NCBI GenBank assembly: GCA_964016885.1
Contig: OZ024749.1
Location: forward strand, 24,180,001 to 24,244,000
Source: Eledone cirrhosa
Taxonomy: Eukaryota
Reading direction: 5' to 3'
Length of the DNA stretch: 64,000 bases
This document shows positions 12,923-24,780 of the stretch, piece by piece (position 1 is the first letter of the stretch; each line of letters starts with the position of its first letter). Position numbers and translations under genes: made by a program. The notes beneath the pieces were generated by a model. That model was not told where the DNA came from and ran no database searches. It worked only from the letters and a program-made list of their open reading frames with translations.

Positions 12923-14434
12923 AAAAATTGAACAGGGACAGAACAGAGAGGCAGTACGACAAATGTTTATTAGATTCACGCTCAGGAGAGTGGGGGGTAG
13001 GTGGATGACGACGTTTCGGGCATAAGCCCTTCTTCAGGTAAGAGTTCAAAAGGTGTGTAGGGGAGTGGTGGAGAGACATATAGCGAAAGGAAACGGTGCG
13101 AATGAAAAATTAACAAATAAAGACAAAAATATAATAAATAATAAATAAAAATAAAGCATGATCAAAATACAAGGAATGAGAACATTTAAAAATAAAGGCA
13201 TGATCAAAATAAACTGAAATTAAAAGGGGGGTAAACAGGTGGTGGAAGGGTGTGGGGTGAGTAGAGGTGGAGGCGGGTGGAGTGGGGAGAGGGAGACGGG
13301 GTGTCCGAGCGGGGAGGGCTGAAGTTGGTGTGTGCGTGTGTGGTTAGGTGTGCGTGTGTGTGTGTGTGTGTGTATGTGAAAGTGAGGGTTGGGGGAAGAA
13401 CGGGGTTGCATGTTCAGGAAGGTGTGTGTGGGGGGTGTTTTTGTGTGTCGGAGAGTCTGTGCGTGTGTGGATAGGGGGTGGGGGGAGAGGAATCAGGGGG
13501 GCTGAGGGTGTAAATATGTGGTGGGAAGCACGTGTGTGTGGTTTAAGCGTGTTGTGGGTGTGGGTGGCGTGTGGATAAAAATTTTTTTTGTTTTGGGATG
13601 TGTGTGTGGGTGAGTTAAATAGGTGATGGTGTTAGAGGATGGTTGAAAAGTGGTAAGTTACACGGATGTATGGAGATTTCGGTTGGAAGTCAAAACGCGT
13701 GTGGGTAATCCAAGAAGCGGTGGTCGGAAGAGTAGAGATGTGGGGTGCGCGCGCAACAGGAAGTGGTCAGCAGTGGGAGTGCTGTGGTCAGTGGGTGCTG
13801 AGACAGTGGTCGGAAGGGCATAGCAGCAGTCAGCGGAATGGTAGGGAGGCGAGGATGGGTAGGTGTGAGAGTTGGAGTGAGGAGGGTGTGTGTGAGTGTG
13901 TGTGCGTGTGTGTGTGTATTAGTAGGGGTGTTAGTGGGATGAGTGAGTGTGGAGTGGGGAGAGAAGGGTGTGTGTGGTTCTATGGAGGGAGTGTGGTGTA
14001 CTGGTGTGTGTGTAGTTTGGTGAGGAGGTGTTAGTGGGTGTTAGTAGACGGGAGGTGGGGAGGGGTGGAATGCAGGTGTGAGTGGGGGTTAGTGGGGGTA
14101 GGGTGTGTAGAGTTGGTGGTGTACGAGGGTGTGTGGGTACGTGTGCGTGGGGTTGGAGGGTGTTAGTGATGTTAGTTGCGTGTGGGGTGGGTGGTGTAAG
14201 TGTGTGCGTGTGATAAGGAGGGGGGAGGAGGAGAAGAGGGGCGGGAAGGGATGTTAGTATGTTAGTTGGGGAAGGGTGGTTAGATGAGGGGTGGAGTGGG
14301 GGTGTTAGTATTGTTAGTGTGGGGTGGGCAGTGAAAAGGAGGGGTGTGTTAGTGGTGTTAGTGGGGGATAAGTGGGGGAGGGGGGCGGTCGAACGCTAAA
14401 GGAATAAGGGTGGGGAGTTCAGGCCGGGGGGGGG

Positions 14435-14436
<2 letters not shown>
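12919..14436 (-). mobile_element. CA/C-rich non-coding repeat, PLE-end-like (family D)
   Basis: A second copy lies at 59638-61067 with similar ends. Minus-strand CTGAAGA-a-GGGC/GCCC-GAAACGTC at 13008-13039, with a weak stem I. Confidence 0.75.
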
Positions 14437-14473
<37 letters not shown>

Positions 14474-14502
14474 TGCTACTGTACTGCCGGGGTGGGGGGG
14501 GG

Positions 14503-14543
<41 letters not shown>

Positions 14544-14781
14544 TGCTACTGTACGTCTGTATACATATATGTATGTACGTATACATACATGCTTACATTT
14601 AAGTAAGTGCCATACTAAGAGTGAGAAATGAAATTTCGTTTTCATTTTTTTCAACTTATCGTTTTCGGTATGGCTGACCGATTTAACTCACTCAATATGC
14701 AAATTAGGCTGCACAACCGTTAATTTTCATAAGGAAAGTATATACTTTCGAGCGTTCAACTATCTGGCAGATGGGTATAGT

Positions 14782-14818
14782 GTGCTGATGATAGCTAACA
14801 AGCTTGAAACTAGTACAT
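14782..14818 (+). ncRNA. Minimal type I hammerhead (family C)
   Basis: Same motif as 12652-12688. Confidence 0.75.
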
Positions 14819-14979
14819 TGTTCCTGTGTCAGTGTTGAACAAAAAGGTGACGTGGTTGCCTTAACACCGTATGGCATAAAGTCAGGCTGTTCAGTTTGTT
14901 TACAAACGAACAAAGCGGCGTTATAATAAGCGTCCGCTAAACTGATGCCTGCATATATGTATGTGTACCTGTATGTATA

Positions 14980-15045
<66 letters not shown>

Positions 15046-15098
15046 TGCTACTGTACGTCTGTATACATATATGTATGTACGTATACATACATACTTAC

Positions 15099-15184
<86 letters not shown>

Positions 15185-15258
15185 GTATATATGTATACAT
15201 GTATATTTATATATATGTATATATGTATATATATGTATATATATGTATATATATATAT

Positions 15259-15328
<70 letters not shown>

Positions 15329-15337
15329 ATATATAAA

Positions 15338-15550
15338 AATTACATGAATCAAAGTTCTGTTCAAACTTTTTTATTAGCTTACAATTGTTTCGTCCAAACC
15401 GAGGTTTAGGGTCTTCGGAACAATTTTTCAATGATTGTTTACGTACAACACCTCCTTTCCAACACAATAGACATACAGAAACATATGTATATATCGATGC
15501 ACAGTTGGGTGACATCCAATATAATATTTTAGCATGGCAATTTATATTCA
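15338..15550 (-). mobile_element. pLTR fragment of family E
   Basis: Homologous to 28765-28975. CCGAAGA..GAAACAATTGTA on the minus strand at ~15377-15422. Confidence 0.75.
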
Positions 15551-15831
15551 AAAATTAAAATCATTTTGAGACAGAGCGTCCGTGATTAGAGTAAACTTCA
15601 CGGACGCTCTATCTCAAAACTATTTTTGAAAAGCATTAGAAATGCGCAACCGGTAAAACTTAAAACAAAAATTGAATACTAACCATTACTATTCCTAATT
15701 CTCACTTATTCATAATTAAGCTATTTTTCACTGTGAACAATTTGTCAGCATTTTCATTTGCTTTTACCAATATGTCATAACATGTGTGTTACACCTCTAT
15801 TCTTATAAATATATATATATATATTTTTTAT

Positions 15832-15969
15832 TTTTTTTATTTTATAGAAGGAGCTTCTACAGGACTAGTACTGTTTCATTCAGATGAACTCTTCAGGAAG
15901 CTTCCTGAAGATTTCATCTGAATGAAACAGTACTAGTCCTGTAGAAGCTCCTTCTATAAAATAAAAAAA
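15832..15969. repeat. Spacerless 138-bp palindrome (1 mismatch) of an HHR-bearing end; tail continues to ~16040
   Basis: Centre AAG|CTT at 15900/15901. Confidence 0.93.
15899..15949 (+). ncRNA. Type I hammerhead (family F); mirror copy at 15852-15902 on the minus strand
   Basis: AGCTTC-CTGAAGA-tTTC/GAAt-GAA-ACAG/CTGT-A-GAAGCT; GUA cleavage triplet. Confidence 0.8.
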
Positions 15970-16086
15970 TTGTTTACTCTGCCATGTATTGAGTACCTTA
16001 CTTACTGCGGTTATCCCCGACTCAACCCGGGACCTACGTATATATATATATATATATATATTAATATATATATATATAGGTACTTA

Positions 16087-16151
<65 letters not shown>

Positions 16152-16506
16152 TGGTAGTTATATATGTATATATATATATAGGTACTTATATATGTATATA
16201 TATATATAGGTACTTACATATGTATATATATATATATATATATAGATACTTACATATCTATATATATATATATGTATATAGGTACGTACATATGTGTATA
16301 TATATATATATAGGTACTTACTTATGTATATATATATATATATATATATATTGTTATACTTTGGGAGGGTCATGTTGCCAATAAGAAACACACGCACCAG
16401 TTGCTTTCACTTCAATTTAATTTAATATATATTTATAAATTTACAAATTTATAAATTTCTGGTTGGTTGGTTGGTTCCACAACCAGATAGTTGTTTATAT
16501 ATATAT

Positions 16507-16551
16507 AGTCATAGTTCTTTCGTCACACACTCTGTGACCTCTTCAGTGACT
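16507..16551 (-). ncRNA. Minimal type I hammerhead (family A)
   Basis: Reverse complement of 21594-21638. Confidence 0.75.
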
Positions 16552-16855
16552 GGGGATTTCTTTCTTCGTTTCTGTGCCTTTCCTTTCTTCTATCCTACGC
16601 CATTTTGTTTGTGTGTGGGTTGCGTGCTCAGTTTGCGCATGCGCCACATCCGGGTGTCTGTGTGTGTTTGTGTTCATTTTTCTATTTTTATATTTTTATA
16701 TTTATATTTGTTTGTTTATTTATTTATTTATTGTTGGTTGGTTGTTTGTTCTATGTGTGTGTGTGTTTTCATTTTGTCTTGTGTGTGTTTTCATTTTGTG
16801 TGTGTTTTCAATTGTAAGTTGTTTATATATGTGTGTGTGTGTTTTCATTTTGTCC

Positions 16856-19800
16856 TTAATTGTAAGTTGTGATGTTGCTGTTCCACTCATATTTTCTATT
16901 TAATTTTGGTTTTAATTCTTTTATGCTTACTGCCTCTGTAATTTGCCTAAACATTGCGTCTTTCTTGTGTGTGGATTCTATTTTTATTTCTATGCTCTCT
17001 AATTTACCCCTGTGTTCTATCTTAGCATGTTGGTAGAGCACAGATGATTCTTTACTATCTTGGAGGTCTCGCCAGTGTTCATTTATTCGTTCCCCTATAC
17101 TACGAGCTGTCTCACCTATGTACACTATATTTTTGTTTCTACATTGTCCCTCAGTACATCTTATGCTATATACTACATTTCTAGTTTTACAGTTAATATG
17201 GGGGCTTATTTTACAGGTTATACATTTCTTATCTATACATGAGGGTCTTTGGAACGGGTATGTCTTGCTAATAAGTGTTTTTACGGAGGTACCAGGTCTT
17301 TCTACTATCTTAATATTGAGATTATGTTTCTTTAGGGCCCTTCTAAATTTGTAGGCTAGTTCACCTCTAGGGGTTGTATTGATGAACATTACACTCTGGT
17401 ATTTATTGCTATCATACCATGAGTTTATTCTATTGGCCTTGTTCTTAGTTCTTTCTATTCTATTCCAAAATTTGCTCCTATACAAGGGGCAGGTCCCATT
17501 TATGTCATTATTTACCATTTTTTCCCATTTGGTTCTGGCTCCTTTATACACTCTGATTCTATCTCTCTGATTGTAGCCAGAGAACTGCATACGGTGGATG
17601 AAGTGTTGTATGTGTCTCTCTAGTTCTTCGGGGTTGCACATGCGGGACACATTTCTCATCACCCGTATCAAATCCGCAATCAGTATGTTGATTTTGGTAT
17701 GGTCCGAAATGGCCGAGTTTCGGTGGATCAGATGTTTGGAAGTCATGGGTTTGGCATAATGGGAATGGAGGATTTGTTTTTGGTTGTTAATAGTATCTAA
17801 CCAGAGCTCTGTGTCTAGTACAGGTAATCGATGGTTGGGGTGTCTACTTGGGTAGTCTATAGTAACTCTAATGCTCTGGTGGATGGAGTTTGCTATTTGC
17901 TGGATGCTTTCCATTGTGTTTTTCTCAGGTTCCTGACTGTTCTTTAGTGGGGGTGTCTTAACTACGATGTTTATATCATCTACGTAGCGGGAGTACATTA
18001 TCAGGGTTAATCTGTCTTCTAATTGTTCTTTAAGTTTTTGTTTAAGTCTACTGTCCCACCATACCATGAACAAGTTAGCTATGTCGCCTGCAATGCTAAC
18101 ACCAATGGCTGCTCCTTCCTCTTGGGCATATGTTTTACCATTAAATTTGAACATATGTTCCTTAAGGGTTAATTTTATGCTGGCCCCTACCGCATGTGCA
18201 ATCATTTTCTTCAGTTCATCGTGGTTTTCGGGTGTCCGTATGGCTCTGGTCCACCCGTTCCATCTATCTGTGTGGGTTTTCTTGGCCATTGAGGTAATGG
18301 TAGGTGGTCTGCCTCTTGCTGGTCTTGTAGGGCACAGGTTGCTAAGGTCATAAGTGTCTAGGTAACTATTACTATGGGTAAGCTTAAGTAGAAGTCCCAG
18401 CTCACTGGTATCAATCCCACGGAACTCAACCTTGCTCTCGCTGATCATTTCGACGCATTTCTCCACAGCAAAATCCACGTCAATAGATGGATACAGGGAC
18501 ACAACATCCATACTGCCTATTATGCAGTTTGTTAGGTCCCCAGATCGGTTACCCGCGTCGATTCTGCTGAGGAGGTCCTCCGTGCTGTCACACACATCTG
18601 GGGACATCTCAATGATGGGGCGTATGATCAGGGAGAGGAAGTAGGACAGTCTGTAGTTACTAGCAATGTTAGCCCCACAGACTGGCCGTGTTGGTGGTCC
18701 CGCGACAGGGTCCCAGCCCGTTTTATGGTCTTTTCGAAGCCCATACAACGCCGGCACGTCATTGTTCCAGGCCTGGAAGTTGTTGGCAGTCCTTTTGTTG
18801 GGCTGCATTATATTTGTCCACATCACCATATGGGCATTGAGGGTTTTTTCTCTGTCCTCATACTCCTGTGGTGTTACCTCTCTTGTGTTAGTGATGTGGG
18901 GTTGCATTGCCTGGATGTAGTTTGGCAGGCTGTCAACCGACATTCTGCCAGACTTGTCTGTTGGAAAGCATGCTATCTCTCCATTACGCGAGCGCTGCAT
19001 GAGCTTACGCAAGCCATTTGCAGATTCTTCTCCCAGTTGCTGGGCCTCTATTCTATTATGCTTCTTGCTATACTGTTCTATAATATTTCTAAGTTCGGAT
19101 TTAGCTATACTAAATTGTGCTTCTGTTTGTTCATCGACCTGCGACGGCAACTGCGTGCGTTTGTTAAATGGCAAAGTCGTGGCGTGGACTCGTCGTAGGT
19201 CGAATGATTTATCGGAGTGGTTATAAAACGGAGAGTTCCAGGCTGCTGCTTTATGTGTACTTGCGCTATTGTTAGTTGTGTTGTTTCTATTTCCACCAAC
19301 AGCAGCAGCCTCAGCTTCATGGTTGTTTCTATGTCTCTCATAATTACTCCTGTCTCTTTCCACTGGCTCAATGTTGTTATCTACCCTATTTTGTGTGTCT
19401 GTGTGTTCGTCTTGGTTATTCTCTTTGTCCTTAGTCTCCCTACTCCTTTTAATCCTATTACTTTCTCTTATTTCTCTGATTTCTGTGCTACTGTCATTAC
19501 TTGTTTTCTGTGTCTGTGTGTTTGTTAAGATTGTAGTGGTGGTGAGAGGCATTGAATGTGTGTGTGTTGTTGTTGTTGATGTGTGTTGTTGTTGATGTGT
19601 GTTGTTGTCTCCGTGTGTGTGTGTGTTATCGTTGTTGTGTGTGTTGTTATTGTTGTTTGTGTTTGCGTGTCTGTTGTTGTTGTATCTGGGTATGTTGCTG
19701 TTGTTGTTGTTGTTGATGTGTGTGTTGTTGTTATTGTTGTCTCCGTGTGTGTTGTTATTGTTGTTTGTGTCTGCGTGTCTGTTGTATCTGGGTATGTTGC

Positions 19801-20116
19801 TATTGTTGGTATTGTATCTGGGTATGTTGCTATTGTTGTTGTTATTGTTTGTGTCTGTGTGTCTGTTGTTGTTGGGATGTGTGTTGTATATGTGTGTGCG
19901 TATATTGTTGCTTTTGTTTTTGTTTTTGATGCTCCAGCGTAGTTTCGTAAATGATTTTTCTATTTCTGACAGACAACTAATCATATTTACCTTCTTGAAT
20001 GTCGCAAATTTGGGTGGCAAACGTAACACAGACATTTCATTATTATCTATTTTCGTGTTTCCATAAATGTTGGTATTTTTATTGTTGAACTCTTCAGATA
20101 ATGAGGTGTCGGCCAT
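16856..20116 (-). CDS. PLE polyprotein: reverse transcriptase + GIY-YIG endonuclease (Neptune-like), 5'-truncated
   Basis: Motifs PTDKSG, LYGLRKDHK, TRPV, SMDVVSLYPSI, QEEGAAIG, YSRYVDD, CxxxxCxxC linker, VVY..YIGET.R...R..EH, EAV.I....P.LN. The frame stays open upstream to the inversion junction at ~20146. Confidence 0.95.
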   Translation of the reverse strand: MADTSLSEEFNNKNTNIYGNTKIDNNEMSVLRLPPKFATFKKVNMISCLSEIEKSFTKLRWSIKNKNKSNNIRTHIYNTHPNNNRHTDTNNNNNNSNIPRYNTNNSNIPRYNRHADTNNNNNTHGDNNNNNTHINNNNNSNIPRYNNNRHANTNNNNNTHNNDNTHTHGDNNTHQQQHTSTTTTHTHSMPLTTTTILTNTQTQKTSNDSSTEIREIRESNRIKRSRETKDKENNQDEHTDTQNRVDNNIEPVERDRSNYERHRNNHEAEAAAVGGNRNNTTNNSASTHKAAAWNSPFYNHSDKSFDLRRVHATTLPFNKRTQLPSQVDEQTEAQFSIAKSELRNIIEQYSKKHNRIEAQQLGEESANGLRKLMQRSRNGEIACFPTDKSGRMSVDSLPNYIQAMQPHITNTREVTPQEYEDREKTLNAHMVMWTNIMQPNKRTANNFQAWNNDVPALYGLRKDHKTGWDPVAGPPTRPVCGANIASNYRLSYFLSLIIRPIIEMSPDVCDSTEDLLSRIDAGNRSGDLTNCIIGSMDVVSLYPSIDVDFAVEKCVEMISESKVEFRGIDTSELGLLLKLTHSNSYLDTYDLSNLCPTRPARGRPPTITSMAKKTHTDRWNGWTRAIRTPENHDELKKMIAHAVGASIKLTLKEHMFKFNGKTYAQEEGAAIGVSIAGDIANLFMVWWDSRLKQKLKEQLEDRLTLIMYSRYVDDINIVVKTPPLKNSQEPEKNTMESIQQIANSIHQSIRVTIDYPSRHPNHRLPVLDTELWLDTINNQKQILHSHYAKPMTSKHLIHRNSAISDHTKINILIADLIRVMRNVSRMCNPEELERHIQHFIHRMQFSGYNQRDRIRVYKGARTKWEKMVNNDINGTCPLYRSKFWNRIERTKNKANRINSWYDSNKYQSVMFINTTPRGELAYKFRRALKKHNLNIKIVERPGTSVKTLISKTYPFQRPSCIDKKCITCKISPHINCKTRNVVYSIRCTEGQCRNKNIVYIGETARSIGERINEHWRDLQDSKESSVLYQHAKIEHRGKLESIEIKIESTHKKDAMFRQITEAVSIKELKPKLNRKYEWNSNITTYN

Positions 20117-20146
20117 GTTGATACCGTCAATTTTGTCGGGATAATT

Positions 20147-21289
20147 TTGTACTCCCGCTACGTAGATGATATAAACATCGTAGTTAAGACACCCCCACTA
20201 AAGAACAGTCAGGAACCTGAGAAAAACACAATGGAAAGCATCCAGCAAATAGCAAACTCCATCCACCAGAGCATTAGAGTTACTATAGACTACCCAAGTA
20301 GACACCCCAACCATCGATTACCTGTACTAGACACAGAGCTCTGGTTAGATACTATTAACAACCAAAAACAAATCCTCCATTCCCATTATGCCAAACCCAT
20401 GACTTCCAAACATCTGATCCACCGAAACTCGGCCATTTCGGACCATACCAAAATCAACATACTGATTGCGGATTTGATACGGGTGATGAGAAATGTGTCC
20501 CGCATGTGCAACCCCGAAGAACTAGAGAGACACATACAACACTTCATCCACCGTATGCAGTTCTCTGGCTACAATCAGAGAGATAGAATCAGAGTGTATA
20601 AAGGAGCCAGAACCAAATGGGAAAAAATGGTAAATAATGACATAAATGGGACCTGCCCCTTGTATAGGAGCAAATTTTGGAATAGAATAGAAAGAACTAA
20701 GAACAAGGCCAATAGAATAAACTCATGGTATGATAGCAATAAATACCAGAGTGTAATGTTCATCAATACAACCCCTAGAGGTGAACTAGCCTACACATTT
20801 AGAAGGGCCCTAAAGAAACATAATCTCAATATTAAGATAGTAGAAAGACCTGGTACCTCCGTAAAAACACTTATTAGCAAGACATACCCGTTCCAAAGAC
20901 CCTCATGTATAGATAAGAAATGTATAACCTGTAAAATAAGCCCCCATATTAACTGTAAAACTAGAAATGTAGTATATAGCATAAGATGTACTGAGGGACA
21001 ATGTAGAAACAAAAATATAGTGTACATAGGTGAGACAGCTCGTAGTATAGGGGAACGAATAAATGAACACTGGCGAGACCTCCAAGATAGTAAAGAATCA
21101 TCTGTGCTCTACCAACATGCTAAGATAGAACACAGGGGTAAATTAGAGAGCATAGAAATAAAAATAGAATCCACACACAAGAAAGACGCAATGTTTAGGC
21201 AAATTACAGAGGCAGTAAGCATAAAAGAATTAAAACCAAAATTAAATAGAAAATATGAGTGGAACAGCAACATCACAACTTACAATTAA
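20147..21289 (+). pseudogene. 5'-truncated inverted duplicate of the PLE ORF (from YSRYVDD to the C-terminus)
   Basis: Matches the last 380 aa of 16856-20116 except for one K/T change. Confidence 0.93.
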
Positions 21290-21593
21290 GGACAAAATGA
21301 AAACACACACACACATATATAAACAACTTACAATTGAAAACACACACAAAATGAAAACACACACAAGACAAAATGAAAACACACACACACATAGAACAAA
21401 CAACCAACCAACAATAAATAAATAAATAAACAAACAAATATAAATATAAAAATATAAAAATAGAAAAATGAACACAAACACACACAGACACCCGGATGTG
21501 GCGCATGCGCAAACTGAGCACGCAACCCACACACAAACAAAATGGCGTAGGATAGAAGAAAGGAAAGGCACAGAAACGAAGAAAGAAATCCCC

Positions 21594-21638
21594 AGTCACT
21601 GAAGAGGTCACAGAGTGTGTGACGAAAGAACTATGACT
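21594..21638 (+). ncRNA. Minimal type I hammerhead (family A)
   Basis: AGTCA-CTGAAGA-g-GTCAC agagtgt GTGAC-GAAA-gaac-TA-TGACT. Confidence 0.78.
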
Positions 21639-21853
21639 ATATATATATAAACAACTATCTGGTTGTGGAACCAACCAACCAACCAGAAATTTATAAATTT
21701 GTAAATTTATAAATATATATTAAATTAAATTGAAGTGAAAGCAACTGGTGCGTGTGTTTCTTATTGGCAACATGACCCTCCCAAAGTATAACAATATCGG
21801 TTTCAACACACGATTTCAGATAAAGAATCTTGCTAAACAAATTCAGAAACGAA

Positions 21854-21885
<32 letters not shown>

Positions 21886-21899
21886 GTATATATCTATAT

Positions 21900-22066
21900 A
21901 GCTACTTACATATGTATATATATATATATATAGGTACTTACATACCTATATGTATATAGGTACTTACATATGTGTATATATATATATATAGGTACTTACA
22001 TATGTATATATATATAGGTACTTACAAATGTATATATATATATATATATATATACATATGTAAGTA

Positions 22067-22105
<39 letters not shown>

Positions 22106-22112
22106 GTAAGTA

Positions 22113-22151
<39 letters not shown>

Positions 22152-22196
22152 GTAAGTACCTATATATATATATACATATATATACATATGTAAGTA

Positions 22197-22233
<37 letters not shown>

Positions 22234-22304
22234 GTAAGTACCTATATATATATATATTCATATGTAAGTACCTATATATATATATATATACACATATGTA
22301 AGTA

Positions 22305-22368
<64 letters not shown>

Positions 22369-22376
22369 TAAGTACC

Positions 22377-22448
<72 letters not shown>

Positions 22449-22556
22449 AGTACCTATATATATATATATACATATACATTCATATGTAAGTACCTATATA
22501 TATAAATGCAAGTACCTATATATATAAATGAAAGTACCTATATATATATATGTATA

Positions 22557-22594
<38 letters not shown>

Positions 22595-22625
22595 AGTACC
22601 TAGATACATATCTATGTAAGTACCT
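21900..22625. repeat. GGTACTTACATATG-(TA)n minisatellite with an orientation switch near 22040
   Basis: AGGTACTTACA units switch to TGTAAGTACCT units. The same motif occurs at 16078-16320 and 23478-23510. Confidence 0.85.
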
Positions 22626-22648
22626 ATATATATATATATATGTATATA

Positions 22649-22758
<110 letters not shown>

Positions 22759-22761
22759 TAT

Positions 22762-23458
22762 TTAGAAACACACAGATACTCGCGGACACACACATGTATA
22801 CATGAATGCATCCACACCCAACTGTGAGTTAAGGGTGCCAACTTCACCGATGTTGCTCAATGAATGACTGGGACAGACCAATTCAGTTTGAACCAGACTG
22901 AACCAGTATCAGAGTTAAAAATACATTATGAAGAGAGAAGAAACATTTAGATATAATTAGTAATAAAATGTATCATACCCAAACTGTTCCTAAATTCCTC
23001 GACTACGTAGTTTCGTGGCATAAACAAAAACAATATATCAAAGATATAGAGTCCCTGCGAGGTCTGCCGACTTATCAAGAGGATACCTCATTTTACTAGT
23101 CTCAAGAACGCGTCTACACGACGTGAGAAAGAATCCCAAAAGGCGGAGGGGGAGACAGTCACGCGATATAACGGTCGAGAAACAGAGCTAAGCCTCTTAT
23201 AACCACGAAGAAAATACCACGGAGGCGGAGGGGGTATTCATATCGAGGCCGTAGAAGAGGTAGTGAAGAAGGCGAGAAGTATGAGTAATGGGGTATCCTC
23301 TTGATAAGTCGGCAGACCTCGCAGGGACTCTATATCTTTGATATATTGTTTTTGTTTATGCCACGAAACTACGTAGTCGAGGAATCTAGGAACAGTTTGG
23401 GTATGATACATTTTATTACTAATTATATCTAAATGTTTCTTCTCTCTTCATAATGTAT
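22762..23458. mobile_element. Inverted two-arm copy of the 591-bp HHR family (G); HHRs at 22996-23083 (-) and 23296-23383 (+)
   Basis: 22762-23290 is the reverse complement of most of the unit at 57319-59131. 23291-23458 is in direct orientation. Confidence 0.92.
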
Positions 23459-23808
23459 ATATAGATATATATATACATAAGTACCTGGATATATACCTAT
23501 GTAAGTACCTATATATATATATAGATATATATATATAAATATATATATGGAATTTTGAAATATTTCTTCCTTCTATAAGCCTAATCAGCAATATTGATAA
23601 ATAGGATTCTGAGTAGACTGTATCACTGCGTTCAAACAAAGAAAATATTTGATCTCAAGTTGGCACACATCACGCCATCTTATTAGAATCAATAAAATCC
23701 GCCCACAGCTACCGCCGGTTTTGTCATGCGTATGAATATTTTATATACATCCTTACACATCGTTATGTACAAGTTTGCACGTATGTAATATGTACATAGA
23801 TAACTAGT

Positions 23809-23861
<53 letters not shown>

Positions 23862-24522
23862 GATAGAGATATATATATATATATATATAGAGAGAGATAT
23901 CGTGATATATAGATCGAGAGATAGATAGATAGATGTAGATAGATAGATCTGTGTAAGTTTGTGTATGTGAGTCATAATGGTTATTAGTTTGATATATTAT
24001 GTATTCTATATATATATATATGTATGTGCGCGCGCGTGTGTATATATGCATATATATACATATATATATATGTCTATATATCTATTTATACACTTGTATG
24101 TATTCAATTTCTATATATTTAATATGTTTTATTACAACTATGCACAATTTTGTAAAAAATTCAAGTTTTATAAAATATTAATATATTTTACGTGTTACAT
24201 ATTTTTTAATATAATTTTTATATTTTATATCGTAGACTCCTGATACTTATTAACTATACATATATAAGATCTAGACAATATAACAGAAATCACCGAGATG
24301 TTAGAATACCTAGTGTAGAATATTACGAAATTAATCAAAGGCAAGCTTGTTATCAGCGGTATTTGAGCTCAGATCATATGCTACTTCTCTAATCTGTTCA
24401 CCGAGCCACAGGACGGCCATCGCCTGGGCTCCCATTTGCTCACAATAGTGAGAGATGAAGAGAGCAGGATTGACAAAGGTGGTGACAGTGGGAGTTTGGT
24501 TGTTTTGTGTTCGGGTCTGGTG

Positions 24523-24567
<45 letters not shown>

Positions 24568-24746
24568 ACACTGGAAATAATTTGTATTTGGTAGTATTTA
24601 AATTTGTTTACATACGTTCAAGGACACAGATATATATATATATATGTATATAATATATGTAAAACGTAAACAGAAATAACAACACACTCGGTACATTATA
24701 TGGAATGAATATATTAGGTTAACGCTTGAAATAGCAGGAAGAGGTT

Positions 24747-24780
24747 CTTAACGTTTCGGACGCTAGTCCTTCATCAGAAG
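24747..24780 (-). ncRNA. Minimal type I hammerhead (family H) in a pLTR-like repeat ~24600-24840; mutated copy at 25747-25780 (+)
   Basis: CTT-CTGATGA-a-GGAC tagc GTCC-GAA-ACGT-T-AAG. Confidence 0.78.

Larger units (their letters stand above)
12158..15100 (+). mobile_element. Tandem ~546-bp HHR-bearing repeat (retrozyme-like), interrupted by an insertion at 12919-14436
   Basis: GTTGAACAAAAA(G) occurs at 12158, 12704 and 14834. Each unit has an internal (TA)n. HHRs at 12652 and 14782. Confidence 0.8.
16348..21855. mobile_element. Young Neptune-type Penelope-like element with ~1.65-kb inverted arms (16348-17997 and 20148-21797) plus tail
   Basis: RT + GIY-YIG ORF, near-identical inverted arms, an HHR in each pLTR, and TA flanks. 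Confidence 0.95.

Noticed and set aside
24236-24310. Hammerhead-like CTGATA..GAAA here, and a similar motif at ~26238-26282 (-)
   Set aside because: The cores are too degenerate to call, so they are not counted among the HHRs.
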